Below, one piece after another: positions 10,228-20,201 of a DNA stretch of 64,000 nucleotides (position 1 is the stretch's first letter; each line of letters starts with the position of its first letter). The notes beneath the pieces are model-generated. The model was not told the origin of the DNA, searched no databases, and saw only the letters and a list, made by a program, of their open reading frames with translations. The DNA is taken from positions 352,001 through 416,000 of the forward strand of contig CAWKFG010000004.1 in NCBI GenBank assembly GCA_963848965.1, given 5' to 3'. Source of the DNA: an uncultured bacterium (GTDB lineage: Bacteria > Babelota > Babeliae > Babelales > Babelaceae). Both the position numbers and the translations under genes were made by a program.

Positions 10228-12420
10228 TCATTTATGATGTGTATCCATATTCTCCAGAGCATGTAATAACTTTATGTTATTCAATTGAGTAGCATATTCT
10301 TTTGCTTTATTTTTTAGTTCCATTCTTTCAGATGATTGTTCTTGAAGGTTATTAATAACCATATAAATAATAGAAGCTTTACCACTTAAAAACGCATAGT
10401 CCAGAAATGTATCTCTATGCAATTTCATAAAAGGTATGGGAGTATGAAGAACTGATTCATCACCTGCTAAAAAACGGTGTAGAATGTGAGTATGGCCAAA
10501 TTTACATGCCCACGACAAAATTGTCATACTCCTTGCACTCTTTTTAGCTCCATAGTTATCATTATATAACTCTTTTGCAAGTTCTGGATTACAGTACTCT
10601 ACTGTACATGCAGTAGATTCTCTTTCAAGAGAATGTTTTTCTGCATGGGCCATTGCTTGAAAATGTTGTGTGGTATACATCTCAGGATCAGCAAGATAAT
10701 CAAAAAGATCTGGTGAGTATTTTTCACCCATCTGAAAAAAATGAAGAAGATATTTTTTTGTACTATGTTTAATACGACGATTGTTTCCATAAGGTATATT
10801 ATCGATTACTATAGTCGGTTCGTAAGTACTTTCATTTAAACATTTAAGCATTTCACACCCCTGGCCAAATCCAAGAGCGTAAGTAAGCGCTGTTTCACCG
10901 TCGTTATTTCTTACTCCAGGATCAGCACCTCTTTCTAGAAGTAAAGCTACTATCTCGTTATATCCTTCTGCTGTTGCATACATAAGCGCAGTAAAACCCC
11001 TCCAATTGCATACATTAACAGCAGTACCTACTTGTAGTAATGCCTCTACCAACTTATAATTGCCCATAAGCGCAGCAAGCATTAAAGGTGTATTACCAAG
11101 ACTATCTTGAACATGAGACTCTCGTATATAATTTTCTATACTACATAAGTTCTTATCTCTGATAATTGCTCGCAGAAAAGAGGCATATCCTTCAGTATTT
11201 TTTGCGAGCGTCTGTGCTAAAGTACATACCATTTTCCAATAAGCAACTCTTAAGGGCGAGAGGTAAGGAATAATTTTTACAGGAGCCGCATCTTTAAAAA
11301 ACCACATAAGATCATTACGTCCTTTCACGCGAGCAGCTGTTTCAAGCGTTTCTAAAGATATACCCAGCGTTTTACATGCATCAATAAGCTTACAACGGGA
11401 ATCTTCACGGGTTACTGCAAAAAGCTCTATAATCTCTTTGTTTGTAATTTTATCACTACGCTCACCTAAGGCTATAAGCCGCAAAAAAAGCTTATAGTTC
11501 TTTATGAGCAAAGCCATTTTAAGAAAGTCTTTATCTTGAAACTTTTGTAGAGAGGTAAGCAATAGTTCTATGAGTGAGTTTGGCTTAACATAAGAAAAAC
11601 AGGTTTTTTTATACTTATCTTCGCTATCAAATTGAGCACCTCTCTTAATGAGTGTATATGCTCCCTCAAAGCTATTTTCTTGCACTGCTCTCATAAACGC
11701 TGTACAACCGTCTGCATCTTGAAGATCTCTAGATGCACCATTATCAAGCAGAAGATTTATTACTTTTATGTGTCCATTAGATGCAGCTTCATGTAAAGCA
11801 GTACGCCCTTGGTTATTCTTCTTATTAACCTCTACTTCTCTTTTTATAAGAAAAGAGAGCATTTCTTTATCTCCTTGGCGTGCAGCATTAATAAGAGGGG
11901 TATCTCCCGCATTATCACTGCTTTCAATAGAAAGCTTCTCTTTTAAAAAACACTCTAATACTGCAATCGAACCTCCTTTTGCTGCAGCAAGCACAGCATT
12001 CTCTCCATATATTGTAGTACAGTGGATATCTGCTCCTGCTTTTACAAGTCGCTCTATAGTAGGTAAATAACCTTTACGAGCAGCAAAAATTAAAGCACTT
12101 GTGTGTTCGCTATCTACAGCATTCACGTCTGCTGAGTGCTTAATAAGAAGCTCTATCAGACTTTCATTGCGACCTTGAGCTGCTTCATGTAAAGCAGTAC
12201 GCAATTGCTTATTATGAGCATTAACATTAGCTCCTTGAAGTAAGTATACTCTAGCAAGTTCTAGTCTGCCATCTCTGACTGCACGAATAAGAGCTGTATC
12301 TCCATTTTCATCACTTGCAAATTCTATTATTTTCCTTGCTCTTTTTTGTACCTTTTGCATACCTTGTACTTCTTGCACAACGCCCATGCAGCACAAAAAC
12401 ATATAAAACATTAAAAGCAT
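10228..12420 (-). CDS. Secreted ankyrin-repeat protein (several ank blocks)
   Basis: GDTALIRA, RTALHEAA, GDTPLINAA, GNTPLMLAA repeats; hydrophobic N-terminus. Confidence 0.9.
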   Translation of the reverse strand: MLLMFYMFLCCMGVVQEVQGMQKVQKRARKIIEFASDENGDTALIRAVRDGRLELARVYLLQGANVNAHNKQLRTALHEAAQGRNESLIELLIKHSADVNAVDSEHTSALIFAARKGYLPTIERLVKAGADIHCTTIYGENAVLAAAKGGSIAVLECFLKEKLSIESSDNAGDTPLINAARQGDKEMLSFLIKREVEVNKKNNQGRTALHEAASNGHIKVINLLLDNGASRDLQDADGCTAFMRAVQENSFEGAYTLIKRGAQFDSEDKYKKTCFSYVKPNSLIELLLTSLQKFQDKDFLKMALLIKNYKLFLRLIALGERSDKITNKEIIELFAVTREDSRCKLIDACKTLGISLETLETAARVKGRNDLMWFFKDAAPVKIIPYLSPLRVAYWKMVCTLAQTLAKNTEGYASFLRAIIRDKNLCSIENYIRESHVQDSLGNTPLMLAALMGNYKLVEALLQVGTAVNVCNWRGFTALMYATAEGYNEIVALLLERGADPGVRNNDGETALTYALGFGQGCEMLKCLNESTYEPTIVIDNIPYGNNRRIKHSTKKYLLHFFQMGEKYSPDLFDYLADPEMYTTQHFQAMAHAEKHSLERESTACTVEYCNPELAKELYNDNYGAKKSARSMTILSWACKFGHTHILHRFLAGDESVLHTPIPFMKLHRDTFLDYAFLSGKASIIYMVINNLQEQSSERMELKNKAKEYATQLNNIKLLHALENMDTHHK

Positions 12421-12470
12421 TGAATCCTCTCTATATGTTCCCTAGTTTTATAGAAGTAATATCTCTCCTA

Positions 12471-12490
12471 TAGGGCGTGGTAATTGACTA
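12471..12490 (-). repeat. Copy 2 of the exact 20-bp repeat, intergenic
   Basis: Identical to 3109..3128, same orientation. Confidence 0.75.
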
Positions 12491-12613
12491 GCCACTGTTT
12501 CACTCAATATTTTCTGCCTCTTTTTCTTTTAATAAAGCTTATAGTATACTAGAATAATATATAACAAAATCAGTTATATGCGTCAAAAATTATAGCTTAA
12601 TAAGGAATCGATC

Positions 12614-13441
12614 ATGATAAGATCTTTTTTCCTCTTTTTCTTCTTCACTTTAACACCTTTTCTTTATACTATGAAAAAAGCACTCAATGAATGGCCAGAA
12701 AGTTTTTACAGTCATATTAGTCCAGGGCTCGTGTACGATTTTAAAACCAAAGAGAAACTGGAGCTTTATAAAAAGAATGCTACTGATCCTCATTGCACAA
12801 AAAGCACAGCTGATACTTCTTCCCTCTCTAGTAAAAGCAGAATAGTATATGATTGGCTTTATACACTCGAATGGTCAAAAAAATATCTTCTTTCAAAACC
12901 ATTTCAAACATGGACTGTAGAGGACCTCAATAACATCAATAAATGCTTAACTCGCTTAACCTCAGAAGAACCAGGGATATATCAAACTGAAGCACGCGAA
13001 TTTACAAAAGAGAAGCTTTCCGCGACTGAAGAGTTTGGTCTCCAGCTTTTAAGAACAGCAAGCACTTTAAACACTAATTTTAACCAATTACCGTTTAGAT
13101 ATATTCTTTATTTTTATGCACATCCAGGTCAGCTATCACACTTTCTTCAATCAGCTCTTAAATCATACCAAACTTCTTTATTCCAATCCAAAGACACTGT
13201 GCAAGAAATCTTAGAAGCTACAGCAGAATTTTATCTTAGTACTGTATTTTTGCGCCCTTGGAAAAATGCCTATGTACAGACCGCTTATCTTATTATAAAC
13301 ATCGTCTTAGCACAGCATAACATTAATTTTATTATGTTTAAAGATAATGACAGGTTAAACAAGGCCCTTTCAACATGTTTTGAAGCACAAAACTCAATTG
13401 CTATGCAAGAACTCTTTATCTCTACTCTCAAGCAAAGTTGA
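12614..13441 (+). CDS. Secreted Fic/Fido-fold protein with degenerate active-site motif
   Basis: WTVEDLNNINKCL...EPGIYQ, then FLRPWKNAYVQTAYLIINIVLAQHN where the HPFxDGNGRxxR motif is expected. Confidence 0.62.
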   Translation: MIRSFFLFFFFTLTPFLYTMKKALNEWPESFYSHISPGLVYDFKTKEKLELYKKNATDPHCTKSTADTSSLSSKSRIVYDWLYTLEWSKKYLLSKPFQTWTVEDLNNINKCLTRLTSEEPGIYQTEAREFTKEKLSATEEFGLQLLRTASTLNTNFNQLPFRYILYFYAHPGQLSHFLQSALKSYQTSLFQSKDTVQEILEATAEFYLSTVFLRPWKNAYVQTAYLIINIVLAQHNINFIMFKDNDRLNKALSTCFEAQNSIAMQELFISTLKQS

Positions 13442-13553
13442 ATGCTCCCTCCTAAAGGGGACATTTAAAAAAGAGATACACCTTTTTATGAATTTATGCT
13501 ATACTAGTGTATGCTATATAAGGAGAATATAACCACTTAAGATATTAAAAGTT

Positions 13554-14504
13554 ATGGGAAAGATTTTACTATATTATAAATACATAGATATTCAGAATCC
13601 AGTACAGCTTATGCACGAACAACGAAGGCTCTGTGAATCCCTTGGGCTTAAAGGGCGTATTTTGCTTGCCCATGAAGGTATTAATGGAACTCTAGGAGGC
13701 CCTTTAGAGGCTATTGAAAGCTATAAAGAGCATATGTACCAGCACCCTCTTTTTCATGATATAGACTTTAAAGAAAGTGAAGGAGCTGCTGACTACTTTC
13801 CACGCTTGCAAATAAAGGTAAAAAAAGAAATTGTTCACCTTGGACTTGATCCTCAAAAAGTACGTGCTTCACAAGGCGGGCTACACCTTAGTCCAGAAGA
13901 GGCTCATGCTCTTATTGGGTCAGAGTCTCAAAATCTTGTATTACTTGATACTCGTAACGACTACGAGTCCCGCGTAGGCACCTTTGAACATGGTAAAGTC
14001 CCTAACATTGTTCCTAATACAAAGACATTTAGGGAGTTTCCAGAATATATCGACCAGAATTTAGAACAGTTTAAAGACAAAGAAGTGCTTATGTACTGTA
14101 CCGGTGGCGTACGATGCGAACGAGCTTCAGCATATCTTAAACTAAAGAATGTCGCTAAGGCAGTCTACCAAATTAAGGGCGGTATACATCGCTATGTAGA
14201 AAAGTTCCCTGATGGGTACTTTAGAGGAAAGAACTATGTATTTGATGGCCGTGTAACAACACGTATAAACAAAGATATCCTTTCTACGTGCGAGCATTGC
14301 CACATATCGTATGATGAATATACTAACTGTATCAATGCAGAATGTAACAGACAAATTATTGTATGTACTACCTGCATTCATATCTATCATAATACTTGTA
14401 GTAAGCAATGCCTTGAGCTTGTACAGCAGAGTAAAGTTAATGTACGTACAGTACCTCATAAGGTTTCTCTTGAAGACAAAAATGGAGATACATGCAAAAA
14501 GTAA
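13554..14504 (+). CDS. trhO: Rhodanese-domain tRNA U34 hydroxylase (TrhO/YceA family)
   Basis: LYYKY, GRILLAHEGINGT, LDTRNDYE, MYCTGGVRCERAS, GKNYVFDGR. Confidence 0.92.
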   Translation: MGKILLYYKYIDIQNPVQLMHEQRRLCESLGLKGRILLAHEGINGTLGGPLEAIESYKEHMYQHPLFHDIDFKESEGAADYFPRLQIKVKKEIVHLGLDPQKVRASQGGLHLSPEEAHALIGSESQNLVLLDTRNDYESRVGTFEHGKVPNIVPNTKTFREFPEYIDQNLEQFKDKEVLMYCTGGVRCERASAYLKLKNVAKAVYQIKGGIHRYVEKFPDGYFRGKNYVFDGRVTTRINKDILSTCEHCHISYDEYTNCINAECNRQIIVCTTCIHIYHNTCSKQCLELVQQSKVNVRTVPHKVSLEDKNGDTCKK

Positions 14505-15499
14505 ATCCTTCTCTTATTGAGCACTATGTTACACTCAAAGATAAAAATTGGTTTCAAACGGGCGGATCCGCCCGCTTTTTTTGTGAGCCTACTACAGAGC
14601 AAGAATTTCAAGAAGCTCTTGCCTACGCTTATGCTCACCATCTTCCTCTCTTTATCTTAGGAGAAGGTGCTAATATTCTAGTAAGTGATGAAGGATTTGA
14701 TGGACTCGTTATACGTCCAAAACTCACTACCATAAAGCTTGTTGCTCAAGGTGATACTCATGCACTCGTAGAAGCAGGAGCTGGAGTATTGTTTGGTGAT
14801 CTTATTGCCTGGTGTCTTAATAATAATCTCGCTTGCCTTGAAGAATTTAGCGGAATCCCTGGTACTGTAGGTGGATCAGTATTTATTAATATTCATTACT
14901 TTGAGTTTCTTTTAAGCCAGTACTTAGTAAGTGCGCGTGTTATTGAAAAAGAGACAGGAAAAATTTTAGAAGTAGATACAAGCTGGTTTAAGTTCGGCTA
15001 TGACTACTCTCTTTTACATGAAGGTAATCACTATCTGGTACATGCAATCTTTAAACTAAAAAAAGTTGATGCCCTTACTGCTGCCTATGCAAAAGGAAGA
15101 CGTGATGAAATTATCAGGCACCGTGTAAAGCGGTATCCTAATTCACATACCTGTGGCAGCTTCTTTAGAAACTTTCATGACCATGAAGTAACACTTATGA
15201 GCGCAGGCAGAAAGCTTATTTTTGTTGCTTATTATCTTGATAAAATTGGTGTAAAAGGACAATTAGCAGTCGGTGACGCCATTGTTTCGTATCAACATGC
15301 TAATATGATTGTTAATAGAGGAAATGCAACTACCTATGACATTATTAGTGTAGCACAAAAAATGCAAGAGCTCGTCTATCAACATTTTGATATTATTCCT
15401 CAACCTGAGTGTCAGCTGGTAGGATTTAAAGAATATCCTCTCATGCCTGAACCAAAATACTTGAAGGAGTCTGTAACAATCCAGTATACTGAAAAATAA
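14492..15499 (+). CDS. murB: UDP-N-acetylenolpyruvoylglucosamine reductase
   Basis: GEGANILVSD, GIPGTVGG, CGSFFRN, HANMIVNRG. Confidence 0.93.
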   Translation: MQKVNPSLIEHYVTLKDKNWFQTGGSARFFCEPTTEQEFQEALAYAYAHHLPLFILGEGANILVSDEGFDGLVIRPKLTTIKLVAQGDTHALVEAGAGVLFGDLIAWCLNNNLACLEEFSGIPGTVGGSVFINIHYFEFLLSQYLVSARVIEKETGKILEVDTSWFKFGYDYSLLHEGNHYLVHAIFKLKKVDALTAAYAKGRRDEIIRHRVKRYPNSHTCGSFFRNFHDHEVTLMSAGRKLIFVAYYLDKIGVKGQLAVGDAIVSYQHANMIVNRGNATTYDIISVAQKMQELVYQHFDIIPQPECQLVGFKEYPLMPEPKYLKESVTIQYTEK

Positions 15500-15519
15500 T
15501 CAGTTTATGGATAGGTTGT

Positions 15520-16155
15520 ATGGATATCCCAATCTTTTTTAAAGGTATTATTATAGGTATATCAATTGCAGCACCTGTTGGGCCAATAGGAATTCTTTGT
15601 ATTAAAAGAAGTCTAACGCGAGGATATGCAGCAGGTTTTGCTACAGGATTAGGAGCAGCGCTTGCTGACCTTATTTATGCCATTATAGCGGGATTTGGGC
15701 TAACTGCAGTTTCTTCATTTTTGATAAAGCAGCAACCGTTTCTTTATTTTATTGGCGGCTTAGTGCTTACTGCACTTGGTTTTAAAACGCTTGCTTCTCC
15801 TTCTATCATTCAACCTCTTACAACCAAAGGTAAAAGCTTTATCTCTACTACTTTAGAGACAATGATCTTAACACTTACAAATCCATTTACTATTCTTGCA
15901 TTTGTTGCAGCATTTGCTGGCATTGGGCTAGGTGCTGAATCGCATGATTATAGTTCCGCACTTCTTCTCTGTTTAGGCGTATTTTTAGGATCTGCTTTGT
16001 GGTTTATTGCTCTCAGCACCACTATTGCCTTCTTTCGCTCAAAATGTAGCCCCTCTGTCATAGCTCGCATAAATACTATCTCTGGCTTCTTTTTAATAGG
16101 TGCCGGAATTGCTCTTATTCTTAATCTTTTCATTTCTCGCTTGTACCAAAAATAG
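15520..16155 (+). CDS. LysE family translocator
   Basis: IAAPVGPIGILCI, GLGAALAD, LTLTNPFTI. Confidence 0.92.
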   Translation: MDIPIFFKGIIIGISIAAPVGPIGILCIKRSLTRGYAAGFATGLGAALADLIYAIIAGFGLTAVSSFLIKQQPFLYFIGGLVLTALGFKTLASPSIIQPLTTKGKSFISTTLETMILTLTNPFTILAFVAAFAGIGLGAESHDYSSALLLCLGVFLGSALWFIALSTTIAFFRSKCSPSVIARINTISGFFLIGAGIALILNLFISRLYQK

Positions 16156-16271
16156 GTAACTATTCACCAACAAATAGCATATATAAAATATGCTTTTCCC
16201 AATTGCTAAATAGATACAATACGGTACACTAATCATAATTGATAATTTCTCTCTTATGTAAAGGATACTTT

Positions 16272-17396
16272 ATGAAATATACTTTTCTACCTCTTGCTTT
16301 ATGTATAGCAATTGTTACAACATCTCATACATATGGTATGGAAGAGGTAACTATGGGATTAGATATAGTACTAGATATATGCGGTCCTCGATTATCTTTG
16401 TTACCTTCCTTAACAGAATTAGCCAAAGAGCTTTCCCAAGGCAATAGTAATGCAATAAACCAATTTATAGAACGTAGTTATGATCAACAATCTGCAAAAA
16501 ATGATGTCTTATTTTTAGCTTCTTACATGAATGATACACAAGTAGCCTCGACTGCTCTTCAGTATGGAGCTGACATTAATGCTCGTAAACATTTAGAAGA
16601 AACACCATTAATGATCGCTACTCGTTGTGGCTACAAAAAGATGATTCAATACCTTTTAAATAACGAAGCTACCATAGATCTTAAAGATCAGTATGGACAT
16701 ACTGCTCTCTTTTTTGCTGCGGCAGAAGGTCATGCTTCAACCGTCTCTTTATTACTTGATAGAACTCTTAATTTGAATGTAGAAGATTGCAAAAGAGCTC
16801 TTTGTGCTGCTGCAATCAATGGTCATTTATCAGTAATTTCTCTTCTTATTAGTAAAACAGCACTACGACGCCTAAAAGATATATGTACTGGAGATACTTT
16901 ACATAACGTCGATGTTAAAGAGCGTTGTACTAAAGAGTTAAAATATACTATCATTAAACGTCTACTACAATTAAGTTTAGATCCGGCTGTACAATGCTAT
17001 CTTGCAAATCCTGTACAATACGTAGTAACAAAATGCCAACCTCATAACGAGTCATCGCTTTATATAGGGCAAGTACCTCTTCTTATGATAGCATGCATGT
17101 TCGGCCATACAAACGTTGTAGAGATATTAAAAAGTTACTCTATCTCATCAGGGTATCTTTCTTGGCACGAAGGCTATTATAGCTACATGCTCCGTACTTC
17201 TTTAGATGCATTAAATTATGCTTTTGCATGCGGCAACGACGATACTGCAGCTGCTTGCATTGAAGCATTTGGAGAGCACATTAGCTGGCTTAGCTGGAAA
17301 GGTGAACTTGATAGGCTTCTACAAGGAGCTCAACAACGTAAGAATCAAAAACTTATTAGTGCTCTCTTACATAAACAACATCGAGCGGCTTCGTAA
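16272..17396 (+). CDS. Secreted ankyrin-repeat protein
   Basis: Signal peptide from ATG 16272 (AAGGA RBS); ETPLMIA, GHTALFFAA repeats. Confidence 0.88.
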   Translation: MKYTFLPLALCIAIVTTSHTYGMEEVTMGLDIVLDICGPRLSLLPSLTELAKELSQGNSNAINQFIERSYDQQSAKNDVLFLASYMNDTQVASTALQYGADINARKHLEETPLMIATRCGYKKMIQYLLNNEATIDLKDQYGHTALFFAAAEGHASTVSLLLDRTLNLNVEDCKRALCAAAINGHLSVISLLISKTALRRLKDICTGDTLHNVDVKERCTKELKYTIIKRLLQLSLDPAVQCYLANPVQYVVTKCQPHNESSLYIGQVPLLMIACMFGHTNVVEILKSYSISSGYLSWHEGYYSYMLRTSLDALNYAFACGNDDTAAACIEAFGEHISWLSWKGELDRLLQGAQQRKNQKLISALLHKQHRAAS

Positions 17397-17431
17397 ACTT
17401 TGCTAAAGCTAAAATAGAAAGAATTACCTAC

Positions 17432-17454
17432 GAGGGCAGTATAAAACTGCCCTC
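17432..17454. terminator. Hairpin between convergent genes
   Basis: gagggcagt-ataaa-actgccctc. Confidence 0.65.
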
Positions 17455-17458
17455 TTCT

Positions 17459-18613
17459 TTAAACTTTTGTGGTACACTGCTGACCAGTCTTTTTTGTTTC
17501 TGCTGCAATATTCATTGCTCTTAAAAGAGCCGCTTCACTAATAAGAGACATTTTAAATAAAGCATTCTCTTTATAACCTGAGCGCCTATAGTTCCACTCA
17601 AAGATATATCTAGAGCCTATTACAGAAATAAGGTAGGAAAGATCTTGTGAGGAAGAAGAAAACGTCCCATGAGGCTTTTTGAGCAGCACGTACTTACGAA
17701 CAAGCTGCTCTCCTTGATACATCATAACCCGGCATGCAGCTGTATAGTTATAAAGTAGTGTATTTGAAAAGGCCGCAGAGTTACGTATATCATGCATTGA
17801 AAAGGTCATAGGTTTATGGAGATAGGGAATACCAGGAACTGCACTATGATAGTTCTTAGAATTGCCCTCTTCACAAAGTTTTATAAACGCTTCATTTCCT
17901 TGTAACATATCACATCTATTATAAATGCTTTGTAATTCTAAATATGCCTTAGCTGCTTGCAACGCATCTCTTGTATAAAGAACAGCTGCTTTCAGTGAAG
18001 AAATAACCTCATCCCAGTTTACAGGCTCTATCGTCTCTTCTAATTTACATAAGAAAGACTTTAATTCTTTCATAAATTGTGACCAGTTTCCTTCATCTAT
18101 AAGATTTTTATGATATAGATTTATCCGATACTTCTCATCGCGCTTCTTTATGAATGCACTTTTTAAAGACGCCTTCACCGTAGGCATACTTGAAAAACCT
18201 TCACAAATGCGCTCAACTCGTGTTTTTGTCAAACATGTTTCTAGCCACTTATGCACATCTTTTGAAGAGCTTTCTTGTCTGTTTAAGAACAGTTCAGCTA
18301 CGCTTTCTAAAACTGCCTCAGTAGGTTCTGCACAGGACAGTAGAGCATTGAGAATCGCGCTATCCAGGGCAACATAACACATAAGCTCTTTACGAAGCTC
18401 AAAAGGCAATGTACATAAATAATTGTTTTTATTATTTATTGGCTGGGAAGTCCTATAGGAAGTGATATACTCATAAAGAGTTGTAAATGATAACCATCCC
18501 GATTTGCTTTCAATTTTACTCTCAGTATGTGGCAATTCCATACAACTACTTTTTATACAAGACAATAAAAGTAGCGCTAAACACAAAACTTCTTTAAGGG
18601 ACTTTCTCTTCAT
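17459..18613 (-). CDS. Secreted hypothetical protein with F-box-like motif
   Basis: Signal peptide; YLCTLPFELRKELMCYV. Confidence 0.7.
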   Translation of the reverse strand: MKRKSLKEVLCLALLLLSCIKSSCMELPHTESKIESKSGWLSFTTLYEYITSYRTSQPINNKNNYLCTLPFELRKELMCYVALDSAILNALLSCAEPTEAVLESVAELFLNRQESSSKDVHKWLETCLTKTRVERICEGFSSMPTVKASLKSAFIKKRDEKYRINLYHKNLIDEGNWSQFMKELKSFLCKLEETIEPVNWDEVISSLKAAVLYTRDALQAAKAYLELQSIYNRCDMLQGNEAFIKLCEEGNSKNYHSAVPGIPYLHKPMTFSMHDIRNSAAFSNTLLYNYTAACRVMMYQGEQLVRKYVLLKKPHGTFSSSSQDLSYLISVIGSRYIFEWNYRRSGYKENALFKMSLISEAALLRAMNIAAETKKTGQQCTTKV

Positions 18614-18718
18614 ATCCTATTTTTCCTTCACATATGATGGTGCTTTAGTGCTATTTTATCATATCCTAAGAAAGCTCTTTATAATAGAACAGGTGGCTAT
18701 CTTAATACATAGAATGTC

Positions 18719-19135
18719 TTATAATTGAAGTTTCTCAACAAACGCTTTCATGAAAGGCGCTTGGTTACGGAGCTCCTTAAAAGCTTCTTCATAATGAATA
18801 AGTGTATTCGGTTCATAGAAAGCAATAGTATCACAGAGTTCTGAAATTAATGCGTGTACTTCTGCTTCTTCTTGAGAAAGCATCTGCTCTTGTACAAGAA
18901 AAGCTCTTATTATAGCAAAAGGATGTTCTGTGCCATTTGCAGTAAAATTAATATCCTTATTTAATATAATCTCAGATAAGAAAGTAACCCAAAAGAAAGA
19001 AAAACGTCTTAAAGCACCATAATAGAAGAGCTCTTGTACTTCCTTCGGTTGATTTGTTATATCTTCTGATAACAAAATCAAAAGATGTTCTAAGCTTTGA
19101 GCACTTACTATGTACTTATCACTGTTCATGAGCAT
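18719..19135 (-). CDS. HEPN/HI0074-like (nucleotidyltransferase substrate-binding) helical protein, degenerate
   Basis: GALRRFSFFW resembles DGxIQRFEF; HPFAIIRAF resembles SPRxVIRxA; no RX4H motif. Confidence 0.5.
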   Translation of the reverse strand: MLMNSDKYIVSAQSLEHLLILLSEDITNQPKEVQELFYYGALRRFSFFWVTFLSEIILNKDINFTANGTEHPFAIIRAFLVQEQMLSQEEAEVHALISELCDTIAFYEPNTLIHYEEAFKELRNQAPFMKAFVEKLQL

Positions 19136-19610
19136 GCTCTTTTTGTTTTTCTATCTGCAATAGTTGCCATATAAGGTGAGTCATTGTTCCTGCAAACTCT
19201 ACTATACATTGATAGTATCTTGGCAAATCACTAAGACTATCAATAAACGGCCCTGATTCCTGTGCATCCAGCCATCCTCTATCAAACCTAAAAATTTCCT
19301 CAGCTAGTGCCATTGTCGAAAAGCTACTATAGGCACCTTTATCAAGAACGGAGCTCGTGTATAAATCATGCAAAAAATCTACAAATGATTGATATCTTTT
19401 TTGCTCAGGATTAAATAACGTTTCAAGTAATGCTCTTAGAATAAGTACACATTCACAAAATGTATAAATTTGTGCATCGCAAGTAAGAGCTGCTCGAAAA
19501 GAATCACGGGATTTTAATGGAAATTTTAGTGTATTCTGATACCGTTCAAGTGAAGACTTTAAGTCTTCCAAATGCACTGCCGCTCTAAGAATTTGCTCTT
19601 GATTAAACAT
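19119..19610 (-). CDS. HEPN/HI0074-like helical protein, degenerate
   Basis: LKSSLERY...CDAQIYTFCECVLILRALL...LPRYY has the same layout; overlaps the next gene by 17 bp. Confidence 0.45.
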   Translation of the reverse strand: MFNQEQILRAAVHLEDLKSSLERYQNTLKFPLKSRDSFRAALTCDAQIYTFCECVLILRALLETLFNPEQKRYQSFVDFLHDLYTSSVLDKGAYSSFSTMALAEEIFRFDRGWLDAQESGPFIDSLSDLPRYYQCIVEFAGTMTHLIWQLLQIEKQKEHAHEQ

Positions 19611-19692
19611 AAGCTCCTTTCTTCAGCACTTCTTTATATCCATAATAGCACACTGGTAGGTTTCCACAACTGCTATAAACAGAGGCTTTCTC

Positions 19693-20025
19693 TTACTGAT
19701 ATAAAGTTAAAGCTTTTGTGCACTTATTTCTACCAAGCACCGTAGCAAAACTTTTTGCATGCAGAATATTTACCATAGATGCCTTTGCCTCTAGTATCTC
19801 ATACACAGTCTCTTCATCATCTTCTAATATAGCCGCGAGCAAGTGCTGTGTATAATAATTTTGACCTTGAAAGTAGTGTTTTAAAAAACGCATATTCTTT
19901 TGCTTTATAGCAGCACTGAGAGCTCTCGTAAAAGCTTCGGTTGAGATAGGATCTGGCATCTGCATACTATAGAGAGTATAAGTACCTATAACATGCATAA
20001 AGAGTATAAAAAATAACTTTTTCAT
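19693..20025 (-). CDS. Small secreted protein, possibly degenerate ankyrin
   Basis: Signal peptide; LSAAIKQKN and LLAAILEDD helices; GGGGGA RBS. Confidence 0.65.
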   Translation of the reverse strand: MKKLFFILFMHVIGTYTLYSMQMPDPISTEAFTRALSAAIKQKNMRFLKHYFQGQNYYTQHLLAAILEDDEETVYEILEAKASMVNILHAKSFATVLGRNKCTKALTLYQ

Positions 20026-20201
20026 GGTTCCCCCCGTTTAAAGTTACTTATCCTTAGTTTAATTATATTTAACAAATAGTCAATGAACCATGCATAACCT
20101 TAAATTTAGCCTGATTTACATAATCTACTAAATGTCCATCTATTGAAAATTATCGTTAAATGGTAGTAATATAATATAGATTTATTCAATGAAAGGAGCT
20201 T

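Noticed and set aside
13441..13466. Imperfect hairpin containing CCTAAAGGGG as another IS end
   Set aside because: It sits right after a stop codon and is adequately explained as a weak terminator; it does not match the 20-bp repeat.
16400..16440. LPSLTELAKEL as a SOCS/BC-box
   Set aside because: Lacks the usual Cys and a cullin box; too short to support.
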